Positions 48,501 through 62,927 are shown, numbered from the stretch's first letter. The stretch is DNA of 64,000 nt from Hemiscyllium ocellatum (GCF_020745735.1 NC_083409.1:9785534-9849533), one strand, 5' to 3'. Notes: a model not told the origin generated them from the letters alone. Numbers and translations: made by a program.

Positions 48501-50184
48501 CAGTATTAGAAGGAGTAGGCTTAAGTTGAGAGGGGAAAGAATTAGAAGGAAACTGAGAGGCAACATTTTCGCACAGAGGTTAGTGTGTATGTGTAAATGA
48601 GCTGCAAGAAGAATTCGTAGAGGTGAGTACAATTAATACATTTCAAGGACATTTTTACAGGAACATGGATAGGAAGGATTTAGAGAGAATTGGGCCAAAC
48701 ACATGCAAATGGGACGAGTTCAGTTTTGGATACTTGGTCGGCATGGATGAGTTGAGCTGAACGGCCTGATCCCATGCTGTAAACCTCTATGACTCTTTGA
48801 TGATGTATACATGGACCTCCTTCCAATAGACACGAATAAGCATGGACCTCTTTCCACTGGAACCTCCAATAGACACCAATAAACAGGGACATCCTTCCCA
48901 CTGGATGCTTCAGAAGAGACCAGTAAACATGGCCTTCCTTCCCTCAGGACTGTCCAGCACCTGAGCTGCAAACTCCACATCCTCTCCATCACGTATGCCT
49001 CTTATTTCAATCTCAACAACATTGTCTCTGCACTGCCTCGGCCCCTTGACCACAGAAACCCTAATTCCTGCTCGTCCTGCCCCCTAACTCTATGATTCTA
49101 ATGTCCTCTCCCAGCTTCCTAAAGCCATATTCTATAAACTCCAATTTGTCTGATATGGAGTGGGCCCTTCCCTGTCTTATCCATCTGTCATTCCAGAATG
49201 ACCCCTGACCTCACTGCCAGCCAATTGCCTCCATGGCCACCCTCCTCCCTCCGTCTGTGTCCTGCTGCAGACTCACATTCCCTCCCTCCCCCTTCCATCT
49301 TCTGTCTCTGGGCTCCTGTCCATTACTGCTTGCTCCATCCCACCATTGACAGCAGAGCCTTCAGACCCCTACAGCATGCTCTCTGACCTCCTGCCCTTGA
49401 TCCCTCCCCCTCTCAATGGTTGTGCTATTGAATATACTGTTCAATCCCATCACTTTTAGTTCACTGTTCCCTTGCCATTGATTTGCTGAATTATTCCTCA
49501 TCAGTAAATCTAGTCTGGCCTGTTCCTTGAGTTGATTCAAGAGAGTTTTCCTTGAGAAAACACTCTTCTGTAAACTGGGTTGTCTGTTTCTCCCAGTCTT
49601 TGTGTAAAGGTGAGTCTAAGTGTGTGTAAGCTCTAAAACAGCACAGACAGAGGTCACTGGGCTAATTGTGACTGTTAGTCAAATTAGTCCAATGAGTCCC
49701 ATTTACGCAGCCCTTCCTGTATAACCCTGCAATTATTTCCTTTTCAGCTATTTCTCCAAATGCCCTTTTGAAAGTTGCTGTTGAATCCACTTCCACTCAC
49801 CTTGCAGACAGTCATCATGAACTCGCTGGATAAAAAATGTTCCTATCCTCTCTCTTGTACTTTAGACTTTTTCTGAAATGTGTGCCCTCTGGTTACTGAC
49901 CCTCCTGCCTGGAGAAACAATTTGTCCTGTATTTACTGCATCCAGACTCTCTAACTGTGAACCCTTCATTGAGTGAGACCTATTTCCAGCACAGGGGGAG
50001 AACTTTCAGCCTGTCAGGTAAATGCTGTCATTTCATGGAGCAATCCAGTCAGTCCCACCCCCTCCCCTACTCGACCCCCAGGGCCTTGCAGGTTTATTTC
50101 CATCAAGAGCCCATGAAATCTGCCATTGCAATCACTGAGTGTCTTCACCTGTCTCACCTGAATGGGCACTAATTTCCAAGACTT

Positions 50185-50780
50185 TGCCAATTGCTGCTAA
50201 AATCAAAGTTCTGTCTGACATTCCATATCTCTTGCCCAACAGAATGTAAGATAATCTCAAAGGAAAGACAGGATTTTGTCTCCTCACGGACTGTGCGGTG
50301 GTCACCCTTACTGATACTGTCATGGACAGATACACCAGCAGCAGGCAGGTTGGTGAGGCTGATAGTGAGTATGTTTTTCCCTCTTGTTGGTTCCCTCACC
50401 ACCTGCCCCAGGTCCAGTCTCGCAGCTGAATCAGGTGGAACCTGACCAGCTTGCTCAGTAGTGATGCTTCTGAGCAGCTCTTGATGGTGGACTTTGAAGT
50501 CCCTTCCTCAGGGTATATCCTGCATCATTCCCATCCTCTGTGCTCCCTCCAAGTGTTGTTCAACATGGAGGACTGACTGCTCAGTTGAGGTTGGAGGGGA
50601 GGGCGGTGCTATGTGGTAATCAGCAGGAGGTTTCCTTCCCCATGTTTGACCTGCTGTCATGAGGCTTCATGGGTTCCATAGTTAATGGTGAGCACTCCCA
50701 GGGCAACTCCCTTCCGACTGTACACACCACTGTGTTGCTTCCCTTGCTTGGTCTATCCTGCCAGTTAAAAACTGAATGAG
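50185..50780 (-). mobile_element. Non-LTR retrotransposon endonuclease fragment
   Basis: REPTRGKNIL...SVHDSISKGDHRTV (APE-like PTR / SDH motifs). Confidence 0.7.
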
Positions 50781-51004
50781 GGAACAATTCTGTGCAGGTT
50801 CCACAGCTTGGAGACAGAGCTGCTGCTGGATTCTGTTTCTGATCTCCGAGTGCAGGCGTGTGTGTTTGTGAGAGAGTGACTGACACTTTTTCCAAAACTG
50901 TGCTGTTTCTGCAAAAAATATATCCTAGAACCAGCCTCCTGTGCTGTCAGATTCCAGGGAGTGTAGATGGTTCACAGTTTTCTCCCGTCTCAGTAACAAA
51001 CACC

Positions 51005-51110
51005 CAGCTGCTCCGAGCTCCTTCTTTCACTTCCTCTTTTGGTGAAGTTTCAACCTTGTGCTCTGACAGTCTTTACAGTTATTTTTTACACTGGGACTTT
51101 CTGCTGTGGT
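51005..51110. promoter_or_regulatory. Candidate B-lymphoid enhancer/promoter module
   Basis: CAGCTG at 51005-51010; minus-strand AAAAGAGGAAGTGAAA (PU.1/EICE) at 51025-51040; GGGACTTTCT at 51093-51102; TGTGGT at 51105-51110. Confidence 0.5.
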
Positions 51111-51957
51111 CAGAATCTCTAATAATAAGTGTCCAATCAGTGACAATCACAGCAGCTAAGAGTAGTCAGGACTGAGGAGCCAGGCTCACTGGGAAACATA
51201 TTGGGAAGATCAAAGTCATCCTCTTCAGATCCTGGTATAAACTCCATCCCTTTCCCTGAGCACTGTCTGCTGCTCAACCAGACTCTTTACAAACTGGGTC
51301 TCATGTTTGAGAATGATCTAATCCCCATATCTTCCATATCACAAAGATCAGCCACTGAAAATCTCTGCCATGTTTATGGGGCTCCAAACATGACCATTCC
51401 AATAACTGATGCACATCACAGCCACTGCCCTCTGTATCCTTCAGCTCATCCAAAATTCTGCAGCCCGTATCCAAACTTGCACCAAGTCCCGTTCCCACAA
51501 CCCCCTGCACCTCGTGCCTAGATTGGCTCCTGGGCGAGCAACACCTCGATTTTTCAAATTCTCATCCTTGTTCTCAAATCCCTCTCTGCCCTCCACCCTC
51601 CCTATCTCTGTAACCTCCTCCAAGCTGCCTCACTCCGTGTGGTCAGCAATCTTGGATAATTGGCTCTCTATTCCTTCATCCAAGTCATTGAGAAATATCG
51701 TGAAATACTGAGGCCCCTGCACAAATCCCTGGGGACACCACTATTCACATCTTGTTCTTTGAAGAGCACACACAGTATCCCTCTTCTCTGTCTCCTATCT
51801 CCAAACTAATTCCGAACCAAAGACAAATACTTTTCTATCACTGTCTTGATGATAGGAAGCAGAGGGTAATATTGGAAGGATGCTTGTCAGACTGGAGGCC
51901 TGTGTTGAGTGGAGTGCCTCAGGGCTCAGTGCTGGCCCCATTACTGTTTGGCCATCA

Positions 51958-54700
51958 ATTTTCCCAGGGTGTTCCGTTCACCGTACAGTTTACTCCAGAT
52001 TTGGATTTTCCAAAATTCGTCCGATCACATTTCCCCGGATTGAACTCCATCCGTCCGTTTCTCTGCCCAACTCTCCAATCTATCTATATTCCGCTGTATT
52101 CTCTGTCAGTCCCCTTCACTATCTGCTCCTCCACCAATCTTAGCGTCATCTGCAAACTTGTTAATCAGACCATCTATACCTTCCTCCAGATCATTTATGT
52201 ATATCAAAAACAAGAGCGGTACCAGCACGGATTCCTGTTCTCCATTCTGAAAAACTCCTTCCACTGCTACTGTCTGTCTCAGCCTGTTCTCTATCCATCT
52301 AGTGAGTACACTCTGGACCCCATGCGACTTTAATTTCTCCATCAGGCTGCCATGGGGAACTTTATCAAACACCTTACTGAAGTCCATGTGTATGACATCC
52401 GCAGCCCTTCCCTCATCAATCAACTTCATCACTTCTTCAAAAACGTCTATAAAGTTGGTAAGACATGACATTCCCTGCACAAAATCATGCTGCCTTTTAC
52501 TGAAATTTCTTCCAAATGTAAATAGATCTTATCCCTCAGTATCTTCTCCAGCAGCTTCCCTACCACTACATCAGGCTCACTGGTTGATAGTTACCTGGAT
52601 TATCTTGGCTACCCTTCTTCAACATTAGTAATTCTCCACTCCTCTGGGACCTCATCCATGTTCAAAGTTGCTACAAAGATATCGATTAAGGACCCAATTA
52701 TTTCCTCTCTTGCTTCCCTCAGTAACCTGGGATCGATCCCATCCCGACCTGGGGACTTGTCCACCTTGATGCCTTTTAAAATACCCAACACTTTCTCGTT
52801 CCTTAAACCGACTTGACCCTGAGTAATCAAACATCTATCCCCAACTTCAACATCTGTCATTTCCCTCTCCTTGGTGAATACCGACGTAAAGCACTCATTA
52901 AGAATCTCATCCATTTTCTCTGACTCCACACATAACATTCTTCCTTTGTCCTTGAGTGAACCAACCCTTTTTCTAGTCACCCACTTGCTCCTTATATAAG
53001 AATAAAAGGATTTGGAATTTTCCTTAATCCTGTTTGCTAATGATATTTCGTGACCCTTTTTAGCCCTTCTAATTCCTCATTTCAGATTGGTCCAACTTTC
53101 CCAATATTCTTCCAAAGCTTTGTCTATTTTCAACCACCTAGACCTTATGTATGCATCCTTTTTCCTCTTAGCTAGTCTCAAAATTTCATCTGTCATCCAG
53201 CGTTCCCTAATTCTGCCATTTCAATCCCTTATTTTCACAGGGACATATCTGTCCTGACTCTCGTCAACCTCTCTTTAAAAGCCTCCCACATATCAAATGT
53301 GGATTTCCCTTTAAACAGCTACTCCCAATCCACATTCCCCAGCTCCTACCAAATTTTAGGATAGTTGGCCTTCCTCCACTTTAGTCCTCTTCGTTTAGGA
53401 CCAATCTCATCTTTGTCCATGAGCATTCTGAAACTTATGGAATCGTGATCACTCTTCCCAAAGTAATCCCCTACTGAAATTTCAACCACCTGGCCAGGCT
53501 CATTCCCTTACACCAGGTCCAGTATGGCCCCTTCCTGAGTTAGACTATTTCCACATTACTCTGTAAAATCCTCCTGGATGCTCCTTACAAATTCTGCTCC
53601 ATCATAACTTCTAACATGAAGTGCATCCCAGTCAATGTTGGGAAAATTAAAATCTTCCATCATCACCACCTTGTTACTCCTACATCTTTCCATAATCTGT
53701 TTACATGTTTGTACCTCTATCTCACGTTCACTGTTGGAGGCTTGTAGGATAGCACCAACATTGTTACTGCATCCTTCCTGTTTCTGACCTCTGCCCATAT
53801 TGCCCCACTGCTCGAGTCCTCCATAGTGCCCTCCTTCACCATACCTGTGATATCCACTCTGACCAATAATGCAACTCCTCCATCCCTTTTACCTCCCTCT
53901 CGAACCCATCTGATACATCAGTATCCTGGGATATTTAGTTGCCAATCTTGCCATTCCCTCAACCAAGTCTCAGTAATAGCAATAACATCATGCTCCCAGA
54001 TACTGGTCCAAGCCCTAAATTCCTCTGCCTTACCTACTACACTTCTCACGTTAAAACAAATTCACCTCAGACCATCTGTCCCTTTGCGTTCATCATCTGC
54101 TCCCTACCTACTCTTAACCTGAGTCACGCTGACTTCAATATCTAGTTCCTGACAGGCTTTAGTTACTCCCTCCTTATTGCCCACTAACCTCCTCATTTGG
54201 TTCCCATCCCTCTGCTACACTATTTTGAACCCTTCCCAAGAGCGTGATCAAACACATCCCACAGGACATTGGTTCCAGTCCTTCCCAGGTGTAGACCGCT
54301 CGATTTGTAATTGTCCCACCTCCCCAGGAACCAGTCCCAATGTCCCAAAAATCTGAACCCCTCCCTCCTGCACCATCTCTCAAGCCATGCATTCATCCTG
54401 CCTATACTTTCATTTCGACTCTGACTAGCACATGGCACTGGGAGCAATCCTGAGATTACTACCTCTGAGATCCTACATTTTAATATGGTTCCTAACTCCC
54501 TAAATTCTACTTGTCGGACCTCATTCCAATTATTACCGATATCATCAGTCCCTTCATGCACCATCACAGCTAGCTGTTCACCTCCCCCTTCAGAATGTCC
54601 TGCAGCCGATTTGAGACATCCCTGACCCGTACAACTGGGAGGCAACATGCTATTCGTGAGTCTTGTTTTTGACCACAGAACCGCCGATCTCCTCCCCTTA
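51958..54700 (-). mobile_element. Decayed CR1-type LINE (ORF1 esterase-like plus ORF2), 3'-truncated
   Basis: Minus ORF pieces: GEQLAVMVHEGTDDIG, MEDFNFPNIDW, GMSCLTNFIDVFEEV, DFSKVFDKVPH. Confidence 0.85.
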
Positions 54701-55327
54701 CAAAGTCCAAATAAACCATATCCATGGGCCCCCCTTATCAAATCCACTCACTACATCCTCAAACAATTCCAGTCGATTTTTTAAGCATGATTTCCCTTTT
54801 GAAAATTCATGCTGACTCTGTGCAGTTCTGCCACTGTTTTCAAAGTGCTAAGCTATATAATATTTTATAATGAATTTGAGCATTTTCTCCACTGCTGACT
54901 TCCGGCTCATTGGTCTAAAATTTCTTATTTTCCCTCTCTCTCTCTCTTTTTCAATAGACGTGTTAAATTAACTCCATCCATTCTGTAGGACCTATTCCAC
55001 AGTCGACAAACAGATAACCATCAATGTTTCTCATATTTTGCAACCACTTCCTGAAGCACTCCTGAAAATAGTTTATTTGGCCCTGCTGATTTAAGACATT
55101 CTAATTTTCCCAGAACCATTTTCCTCCAACAACTGACTTCCTTCAGCTCCTTCCTCTGATAAAACCCCAAGTTCACCAACATGTCTGAGATTTATTTGAG
55201 AATTCATTTGTGCAGAAAGATCCAGAATATGTTTATCTGTCATCTCTTTGTTCCAACTATAACATTATAACACTTGTGTGGAACTTCCTTGAATATAATC
55301 TGGACATCCATATAAACAACTCATTAG

Positions 55328-55635
55328 TGGGTGGCACGGTGGCACAGTGGTTAGCACTGCTGCCTCACAGCGCCAGGGACCTGGGTTCAATTCCTGCCTC
55401 AGGTGACTGTGTGGAGTTTGCACGTTCTCCCCGTGTCTGCGTGGGTTTCCTCCGGGTGCTCCGGTTTCCTCCCACAGTCACAAAGATGTGCGGGTCAGGT
55501 GAATTGGCCATGCTAAATTGCCCAAGTGTTAAGTAAGGGGAAAATGTAGGGGTGTGGGTGGCGCTTCGGTGGGTCGGTGTGGACATGTTGGGCCGAAGGG
55601 CCTGTTTCCACACTGTAAGTAATCTAATCTAATCT
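55328..55635 (+). mobile_element. Well-preserved tRNA-derived SINE (HE1/V-SINE-like)
   Basis: A box TGGCACAGTGG, B box GGGTTCAATTCC, conserved core and (AATCT)3 tail. Confidence 0.9.
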
Positions 55636-56039
55636 TCCCTTATCTCACACATTAGTGACCTCGTTAAAACATGTAACCAGATAGTTAAAGAGGTCTGACC
55701 CTTTTAAATCCATGCTGACTTACTCTGATCTGTTCATAATTGTCAGACATTCTGTCTCTAAAATCAGATTCAATTACTTCCCAACAATAGACATTCAACG
55801 GCATGTCTGCAGATGCTGGAAACCAGATTCTGGATTACTGGTGCTAGAAGAGCACAGTAGTTCAGGCAGCATCCGAGGAGCAGCGAAACCAACGTTTTGG
55901 GCAAAAGCCCTTCATCAAGATTAAAGGCAGTGAGCCTGAAGCGTGTAGAGATAAGCTAGAGGAGGGTAGGAGTGGGGAGAAAGTAGCATAGAGTACAAGA
56001 AAATGTGGCTGTGGTAGCGAGTTTGTTTCACGACATGGT

Positions 56040-59000
56040 TGAAGAGCTTCTCTCTCCAAGAATCTCAGGGAGTTCCTCTCCCACTGCAACTCCCAGGCCA
56101 TTTCCTCTGCCCTGAAGCTGTACCAGCCTCTACCACTTCCTCTGGCAGCCCATTCCACACTCGCACCATCCTGTGTGTGAAAAAGTTGCTCCTCAAGTCT
56201 CTTTTATATCTTTCCCCTCTTACCCTAAACCCATGCCCTCTGTTGCTGGACTCCACCACCCCAGGGAAAAGACTTGGTCTCTTTGCCCTTTCCATGCCCC
56301 TCATGATTTTGTAAACCTCTGTAAGGTCAGTCCTCAGCAGGGACCTCTGTAAGGTCACCCCTCACTCCAGGGAAAATATCCCCAGCCTAATTAACCTCTC
56401 CCTGTAGCTTAAATCCCCCAAACCTGGTAACATTCAGGTAAATCTTTACTGAACCCTTTCAAGTTTCACAACATCCTTCTGATAGGAAGGAGACCAGAAT
56501 TGAACACAATACTCCAAAAGTGGTTTAGGAGACCTCCCAATACCTATACTCAATACTCTAACCAATAAAGGAAAGCATACCAAATGTCTTCTTCATTATC
56601 TACCTACCTACGACTCTATTTTCAAGGAGCTATGAACATACACTCCAAAGTCTCTTTGTTCAGCAACACTCCCGAGAACCTCACCATTAAGTGTATAAGT
56701 CCTGCTAAGATTTGCTTTCCTAACTGCAGCACCTTGCATTTATCTAAATTAAACTCCATCTGCCATTCCTTAGCCCATTGGCCCATCGGATCAAGATCCT
56801 GTTGTAATCTGAGGTAACCTTCTTCGCTGTCCACTACACCTCCAATTTTGGTGTCATTTGCAAACTTACTAACTCTACCTCCTAGGTTCATATCCCAATC
56901 ATTTATGGAAATGACAGAAAGTAGTTGCCCCAGCACAAATCCTTATGACACTCCACTGGTCACAGGCCTCCAGTCTGAAAAACAACCCTCCACCACCACC
57001 CTCTGTCTTCTACCTTTGAGCCAGTTCTGTATCCAAATGGCTAGTTTTAACTGTATTCCATGAGATCTAACCTTGCTAACCAATCTTCCATGGGGAACCT
57101 TGTCGAATGCCATACTGAAGTCCATACAGATCCTAACGCTCTGCCCTCATCAATTCTTCCTGTTACTTCTTCAAAAAACTCAATCAAGTTTGTGAGACAT
57201 CATTTCCCATGCACAAAACCATGCTGAGTATCCCCAATCAGTCTTTGCCTTTCCAAATATATGGACAATCTGTCCCTCAGGATTCCTTTCAATAACTTCC
57301 TCACAATCGACGTCTGGCTGACTGGTCTACAGTTCCCTGGCTTGTCCTTACCACCTTTCTTAAATAGTGGCACCAATTAGTGAACCTCCAGTCTTCTGGC
57401 ACATCATCTGTGACTATTGAGGATACAAATATCACAATAAGAGGACCAGCAATCACTTCCCTTGCTTCTCACAGTGTTCTAGGGTACACCTAATTATGTC
57501 CTGGGGATTTATCCACTTTTATGCATTTCAAGACATCTAGCACCTCCTCGTCTGTAATATGAACATTTTTCAAGATATCACCATCTATTTCCCTACATTC
57601 TATATCTTCAATATCCTTCTCCACAGTTAAAGTGAAGCAAAATACTCATTTGGTATCTGCCCCATCTCCTGCGGCTCCACACAAAGGTCGCCTTGCTGAT
57701 CTTTGAGGGGCCCTATTCTCTCCTTAGTTACCCTCTTGTCCTTAATGTATTCATAAAACCCCTCTGGATTCTCCTTAACCCTATTTGCCAAAGCTATCTC
57801 ATGTTGTTGCCCTCCTGATTTCCCTCTTAAGTGTACTCCTACTGCTTTTGTATACCTCTAAGGATTCACTCAATCTATCCTGTCTGTACCTTACTATGCT
57901 TCATTCTTTTTCTTAACCAAACTCTCAACTTCTCTCATCATCCAATATTCCCTACACCTACCAGCCTTTCCTTTCACCGTAACTAGAATATACTATCTCA
58001 GGACTCAAATTATCTCATTTCTGAAGGCTTCCCATTTTCCAGCTGTCCCTTTACCTGTGAGCAACTGCCCCCAATCAGCTTTTCAGAGTTCTTGTCTGAT
58101 ACCAGCAACATTGGCCTTCCTCCAATTTAGAACTTCAACTTCTGGATCTGGTCGATCCTTTTCCATCACTATTTTAAAATGAATAGAATTATGGTCTCTG
58201 ACCAAAAGTGCTCCTCCACTGACACCTCAGTCACCTGCCCTGCCTTATTTCCAAGAGTAGGTCGAGCTTTGCACCTTCTCTAGTAGGTACATCCACATAC
58301 TGAATCAGAAAATTGTCTTGTGTGCACTTAGCAAATTCCTCTCCATCTAAACCCTTAACACTATGGCAGTCCCAGTCTATGTTTGGAAAGTTAAAATCCC
58401 CTACTATAACCTCCCCATTATTCTACTGATAACTGAAATCTCCTTACAAATTTGTTTCTCAATTTCCCACTGACTACTGGAGGGGGGCTATAATATACTC
58501 CTAACAAGGTGATCATCCCCTTCTTTTTTCTCAGTTCCATCAAAATAACTTCCCTGGATGTATTTCTGGGAATATCCTCCCTAAGTACAGCTGTCATGCT
58601 ATCCCTTATCAAAAATGCCACACACCCTCCTCTTGTGCCTCCCTTTCTGTCCTTTCTGTAGCATTTGTATCCCAGAACATTAAACGGCCAGTCCTGTCCA
58701 ACCCTGAGCCATGTTTCCGTAATTGCTTTGATATCCCAGTCCCATGTTCCTAAGCACGCCATAAGTTCATCTTCTTTCCCTGTTAGGCCTCTTGCACTGA
58801 AATAAATTTATTTTAATTTATCAGTCCTACCTTGTTCTCTGCTTTGTCCCTGCCTGCCTTGACTGTTTGACTTGACTTTGTTCTCAACTGTAGCAACCTC
58901 AGGTTGAAATCTTTCCTCACTATCTCCCTGGGTCCCACCCGCACACTTTACTAGTTTAAATCCTCCTGAGCAGCTCTAGCAAATCTCCCTGCCAGTATAT

Positions 59001-60720
59001 TAGTCCCCTTCCAATTTAGTGGCAATCCGTCCTTCTTGTACAGGTCACTTCTACCTCAAAACAGCTTCCAAAGATCCAAAAATGTGAATCCTTCTCCCAT
59101 ACACCAGCTCCTCAGCCATGCATTCATCTGCTCTATCCTCATATTCCTGCCCTCACTAGCTCATAGCACCAGGAATACTTCAGGTATTACTACACTTGAG
59201 GACCTCGTTTTTAAATTCCTGCCTAAATCCTTGTCATCCCCCTTCAGAATCTCAACCTTTTCCCTTCCTATGTCGTTGGTTCCGAAGTGTACAATGACCT
59301 CCTGCTGGTCCCTCTCCACCTTAACATTCTGCACCCTCCCTGAGACATCCTAATCCTGGCACCAAGGAAGCAACACACCATTCTGATTTTTCACTGCTGG
59401 CCACAGAAATGTCTGTCTGTACCTCGGGAGAGAGAGTCCCCTAACACAGTCGATCGTTTGGAACCCGACGTACCTCCCATTACATTAGAGCCAGTGTCAA
59501 TACCAGAAACTTGGCTGCTCATGCTAAGTACCCCTGAGTTTCCATCACACCCTACATTTTCCAAAACAGCATACTTGTTTGAAATGTGAATAGCCACAGA
59601 AGACTCCTGCACTACTTGCCTACCTCTCTTGCCTTTCCTGGAGTTATGGTAAGAGCCCATGGGATCCAAGGCATTTTGGCAAATTGAATCCAAATATGAG
59701 GCAAAGAGTGATGGTGGAGGGTTGTCTTTGTGATTGGAAGCCTGTGACCAGTGGTGTAAGACAGGGACTGGGGCTGGGACACTTGCTGTTTATAATGTAC
59801 ATTAACAAATTGACTGTGATTAGAAAGTTTTCAGAGGCCACATAAATTGGTGGTGTTATTGATATTGATTTGATTTTTATTGTGGTTTATTGTCACGTGT
59901 ACTCGAGTGCAAAAGTATTGGAGTACAGTGAAAAATATGTAACGTCACCTCACAAGGCGCCATCTTAGGTACAAGGACCTCAGTACAGAATCGTAAGAAC
60001 AAGGTAGAAAGAAAGAATAAAGTTCAAAGTTACACGTTGCAGATCTTTTTAGTTTTAAGTAGAAAATGAAGAAATAAAGGTGAAAGTTCAAGTATTAGAG
60101 CCTTTCTTAACAACTTAGCTACCATGGGATCATACTTTAAGTCATCATCTCAAGACCGGAAGTCCGCGCTGAGGCCTTTCCGGATGGAGAGACCACCATA
60201 TACAGAAAGGACCGCTATGTGGGCTGAGAGACAACCACGCTGGGCCACTCAGAAATCGCTACACTCAGCTGAGTGACCATCACGCTGGGCTGACAGTCTA
60301 GCATGCTGGGCTGAGAGGCCACCACATCAAACTGAGAGGCCATCATATTGGACCAAGAGTCTGCCTCGTTGGGCTGGAAGGTATCCCTGAAGAAGGGCTC
60401 ATGCCCGAAACGTCGACTCTCCTGCCCCTTGGATGCTGTCTGACCTGCTGCGCTTTTCCAGCAACACATTTTTCAGCTCTGGAATGTATCCCTGCCAGGC
60501 CAGGACACTGCCACACCAAGCAAAGAGGCCACATCATTAGCTCTGCACTGTGTCAGTGGCCCGGTGACTGAGGCTGGGAGTCCGAGCCCGGGAGAAAAAA
60601 TAAGGGAGAAGGACAAAAGAAAAACACAAAAGAAAAGGAGAAGTGAAGTGGAATAGAAAGAAGAAAAGGAAACAGACGGAGCAGATGAACTCGTTCTGAA
60701 GTATCCTACTCTGCTGCCAT
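56040..60720 (-). mobile_element. Near-full-length but inactive CR1-type LINE with nested insertions
   Basis: ORF2 at ~56100-58900 (AITETWL, DFSMAFDKVPH) and ORF1 at ~59050-59640. The probable 5' UTR has GCCATCTT and CCGGAAGT motifs and short tandem repeats. Confidence 0.75.
60387..60414 (+). ncRNA. Minimal type-I hammerhead ribozyme core in a PLE pLTR remnant
   Basis: CTGAAGA-A-GGGC(tcat)GCCC-GAAA-CGTC with a GUC triplet; stem I is poorly paired in this copy. Confidence 0.55.
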
Positions 60721-61658
60721 CTTGGATTACCGGGTCTCAGGCTACAGTCTGATATTGGTCAGCTGGTAAATTGTGCAGAGCAATGGCAGATGTAATTTAA
60801 TCCTGATACCTCTGAGGTGATCCAACTTGAGAGGTCTAATAATGGAAGGATATACACAATGAAAGGCATGTGCCTTGAGTGTCCTTATGCATGAATCACA
60901 GAGGGTTGGTCGACAGGTACAACAAGCAATTAGGAAGGCAAATGGAATTTTGTCCTTCATTGCTAAAGGGATTGAGTTTAAAAAGCGGGAAGGTTATGTT
61001 GCAGCTGTACAGGGTGTTGGTGAGACCACACCTGGAGTGCTGCATGCAGTAATGGTCTCCTTACTTGGAAAAGGCAATACTGACACTGGAGGGGTGCAGA
61101 GAAAGTTCACCAGGCTGATTCTGGGGTGGAAGCGGAGGCTTATGAAAGGCGACTGCGTAGACTGGGATATATTCATGAGAACTCAGAAGAATGAGGGGGA
61201 CCTTATAGAAACAAATAAAATTATAAAGAGAATAGATAAGACAGAAGTAGAGAGGATGTTCTCACTGGCAGGTGAAACTAAAACAAGAGGGTTTAACCTC
61301 AAAATCAGGGGGAGCAGATTTAGGACTGAATTGAGAAGGAACTTCTTCACCCAGAGGGTCATAAATCTATGAAATTCCTTGCTCAATGAAGAAATTGATG
61401 CTATTTCAGTAAATGTTTTAAAGCTAAGAGATTTTTTTTAACAATAAAAGAATTAAGAGATACAGTGAGAGCAAATGCCAGGTCTTGCACTTTAGAAAAA
61501 AAATACAGGCATGGACAATTTTCTAAACGGTGAGAAAATTCATAAAGCCAAAGTACAAAGTGATCTGGGAATGCTGGTCCTGGATTCTCTAAAGGTTAAC
61601 TTGCAGGTTGAATCCGTGGTTAAGAAAGCAAATGTAATGTTGTCATTTATCTCAAGAG

Positions 61659-61820
61659 CTGAAAAATGTGTTGCTGGCAAAGCGCAGCAGGAATGAAGAA
61701 GGGCTTATGCCCAAAACTTCAATTCTCCTGCTCCTTGGATGCTGCCTGACCTGCTGCGCTTTTCCAGCAACACATTTTTCAGCTCTGATCTCCAGCATCT
61801 GCAGTCCTCACTTTCTCCGA
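61659..61820 (+). mobile_element. PLE pLTR insertion with inverted 5' arm and 14-bp TSD
   Basis: ATTTATCTCAAGAG at 61645-61658 and 61821-61834; 34-bp inverted arms at 61658-61691 and 61750-61783. Confidence 0.85.
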
Positions 61821-62653
61821 ATTTATCTCAAGAGGGTTGGAATGTAAAATGAGATGTGCTACTGAGTCTTTATAAAGCCTCTGGTAAGGCCCCATTCAGT
61901 CCAGTTTTGGGCCCCACACCTCAGGAAGGACATATTGACACTGGATCGTGTCCAGTGGAGATTCACACGGATGATCCTTGGAATGGTAAGCCTAATATAT
62001 GATGAACAGCTGAGGATCCTGGGATTGTATTCATTCGACTTTCGAAGGGGAGATTTAATAAAAACTTACAGGATAATGCATGGCTTTGAAATGTTGGATG
62101 CTGGGAAATTGTTTCCATTTGGTGGGGGTACTAGGACCCGTGGGCACAGCCTTAGAGTTAGAGGGGGTCAGTTTAAAACAGAACTGAGGAGACATTTCTT
62201 AAGCTAGAGAGTGATGGGCCTTTGGAATTTATTGCCAGAGAGCGCACTGGCGGCTGAAATATTAAATGTCTTCAAGGCAGAGATTGATAAATTCTTAATC
62301 TTGGAATGAATTAAGGGCTACAGGGAGAGTGTGGGTAACTGTCCTTCAATGCCCAACACCCATGATTGAATGGCGGAGTGGACTAGATGGACCAAATGGC
62401 CTTACTTCCACTCCTTTGTCTTATGGTCTTATGTGGAGCTGAGTCCATGAAAAGATCAGCCATGATCTTATTGAATGGCAGAGCAGGGTTGAAGGGCCAG
62501 ATGGCCAACTCCTGCTCCTAGTTCTTATGTTCTGATGTTCCTTGGGAGTACTGAGGAACAAAGGGACTTTGGTGTACAAGTCCATCAATCCCGGAAGGTA
62601 TCAGCACAGCTAGACAGGGTGGTGAAGAAGGCATATGGGATGCTTGCCATCAT

Positions 62654-62927
62654 TAGAGAAAATAATACCGGCATGGACAATTTTGTAAACGGTGAGAAAA
62701 TTCATAACGTCAAAGTACAAAGTGATCTAGGAATGCTAGTCCCGGATTCTCTAAAGGTTAACTTGCAAGTTGAATCTGTGGTTAAGAATGCAAATGTAGT
62801 GTTGTCATTTATCTCAAGAGCTGAAAAAGAGCCATTCCTGAAGAAGGGCTTATGCCCGAATCGTCGAATTTCCTGTTCCTTGGATGCTGCCTGACCTGCT
62901 GCGCTTTTCCAGCAACACATTTTCAGC
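62654..62927 (+). mobile_element. Composite CR1-fragment plus PLE pLTR insertion with 13-bp TSD
   Basis: TGCTTGCCATCAT at 62641-62653 and 62928-62940; the 5' part matches 61493-61666. Confidence 0.8.

Larger units (their letters stand above)
32124..50208. repeat. Segmental duplication, copy B (whole IgL cluster 2)
   Basis: Same orientation as copy A, offset ~19.5 kb (19511 at the V promoter). Confidence 0.88.

Noticed and set aside
55328-55400. tRNA-like sequence with A and B boxes
   Set aside because: It is the head of a multi-copy SINE, not a tRNA gene.
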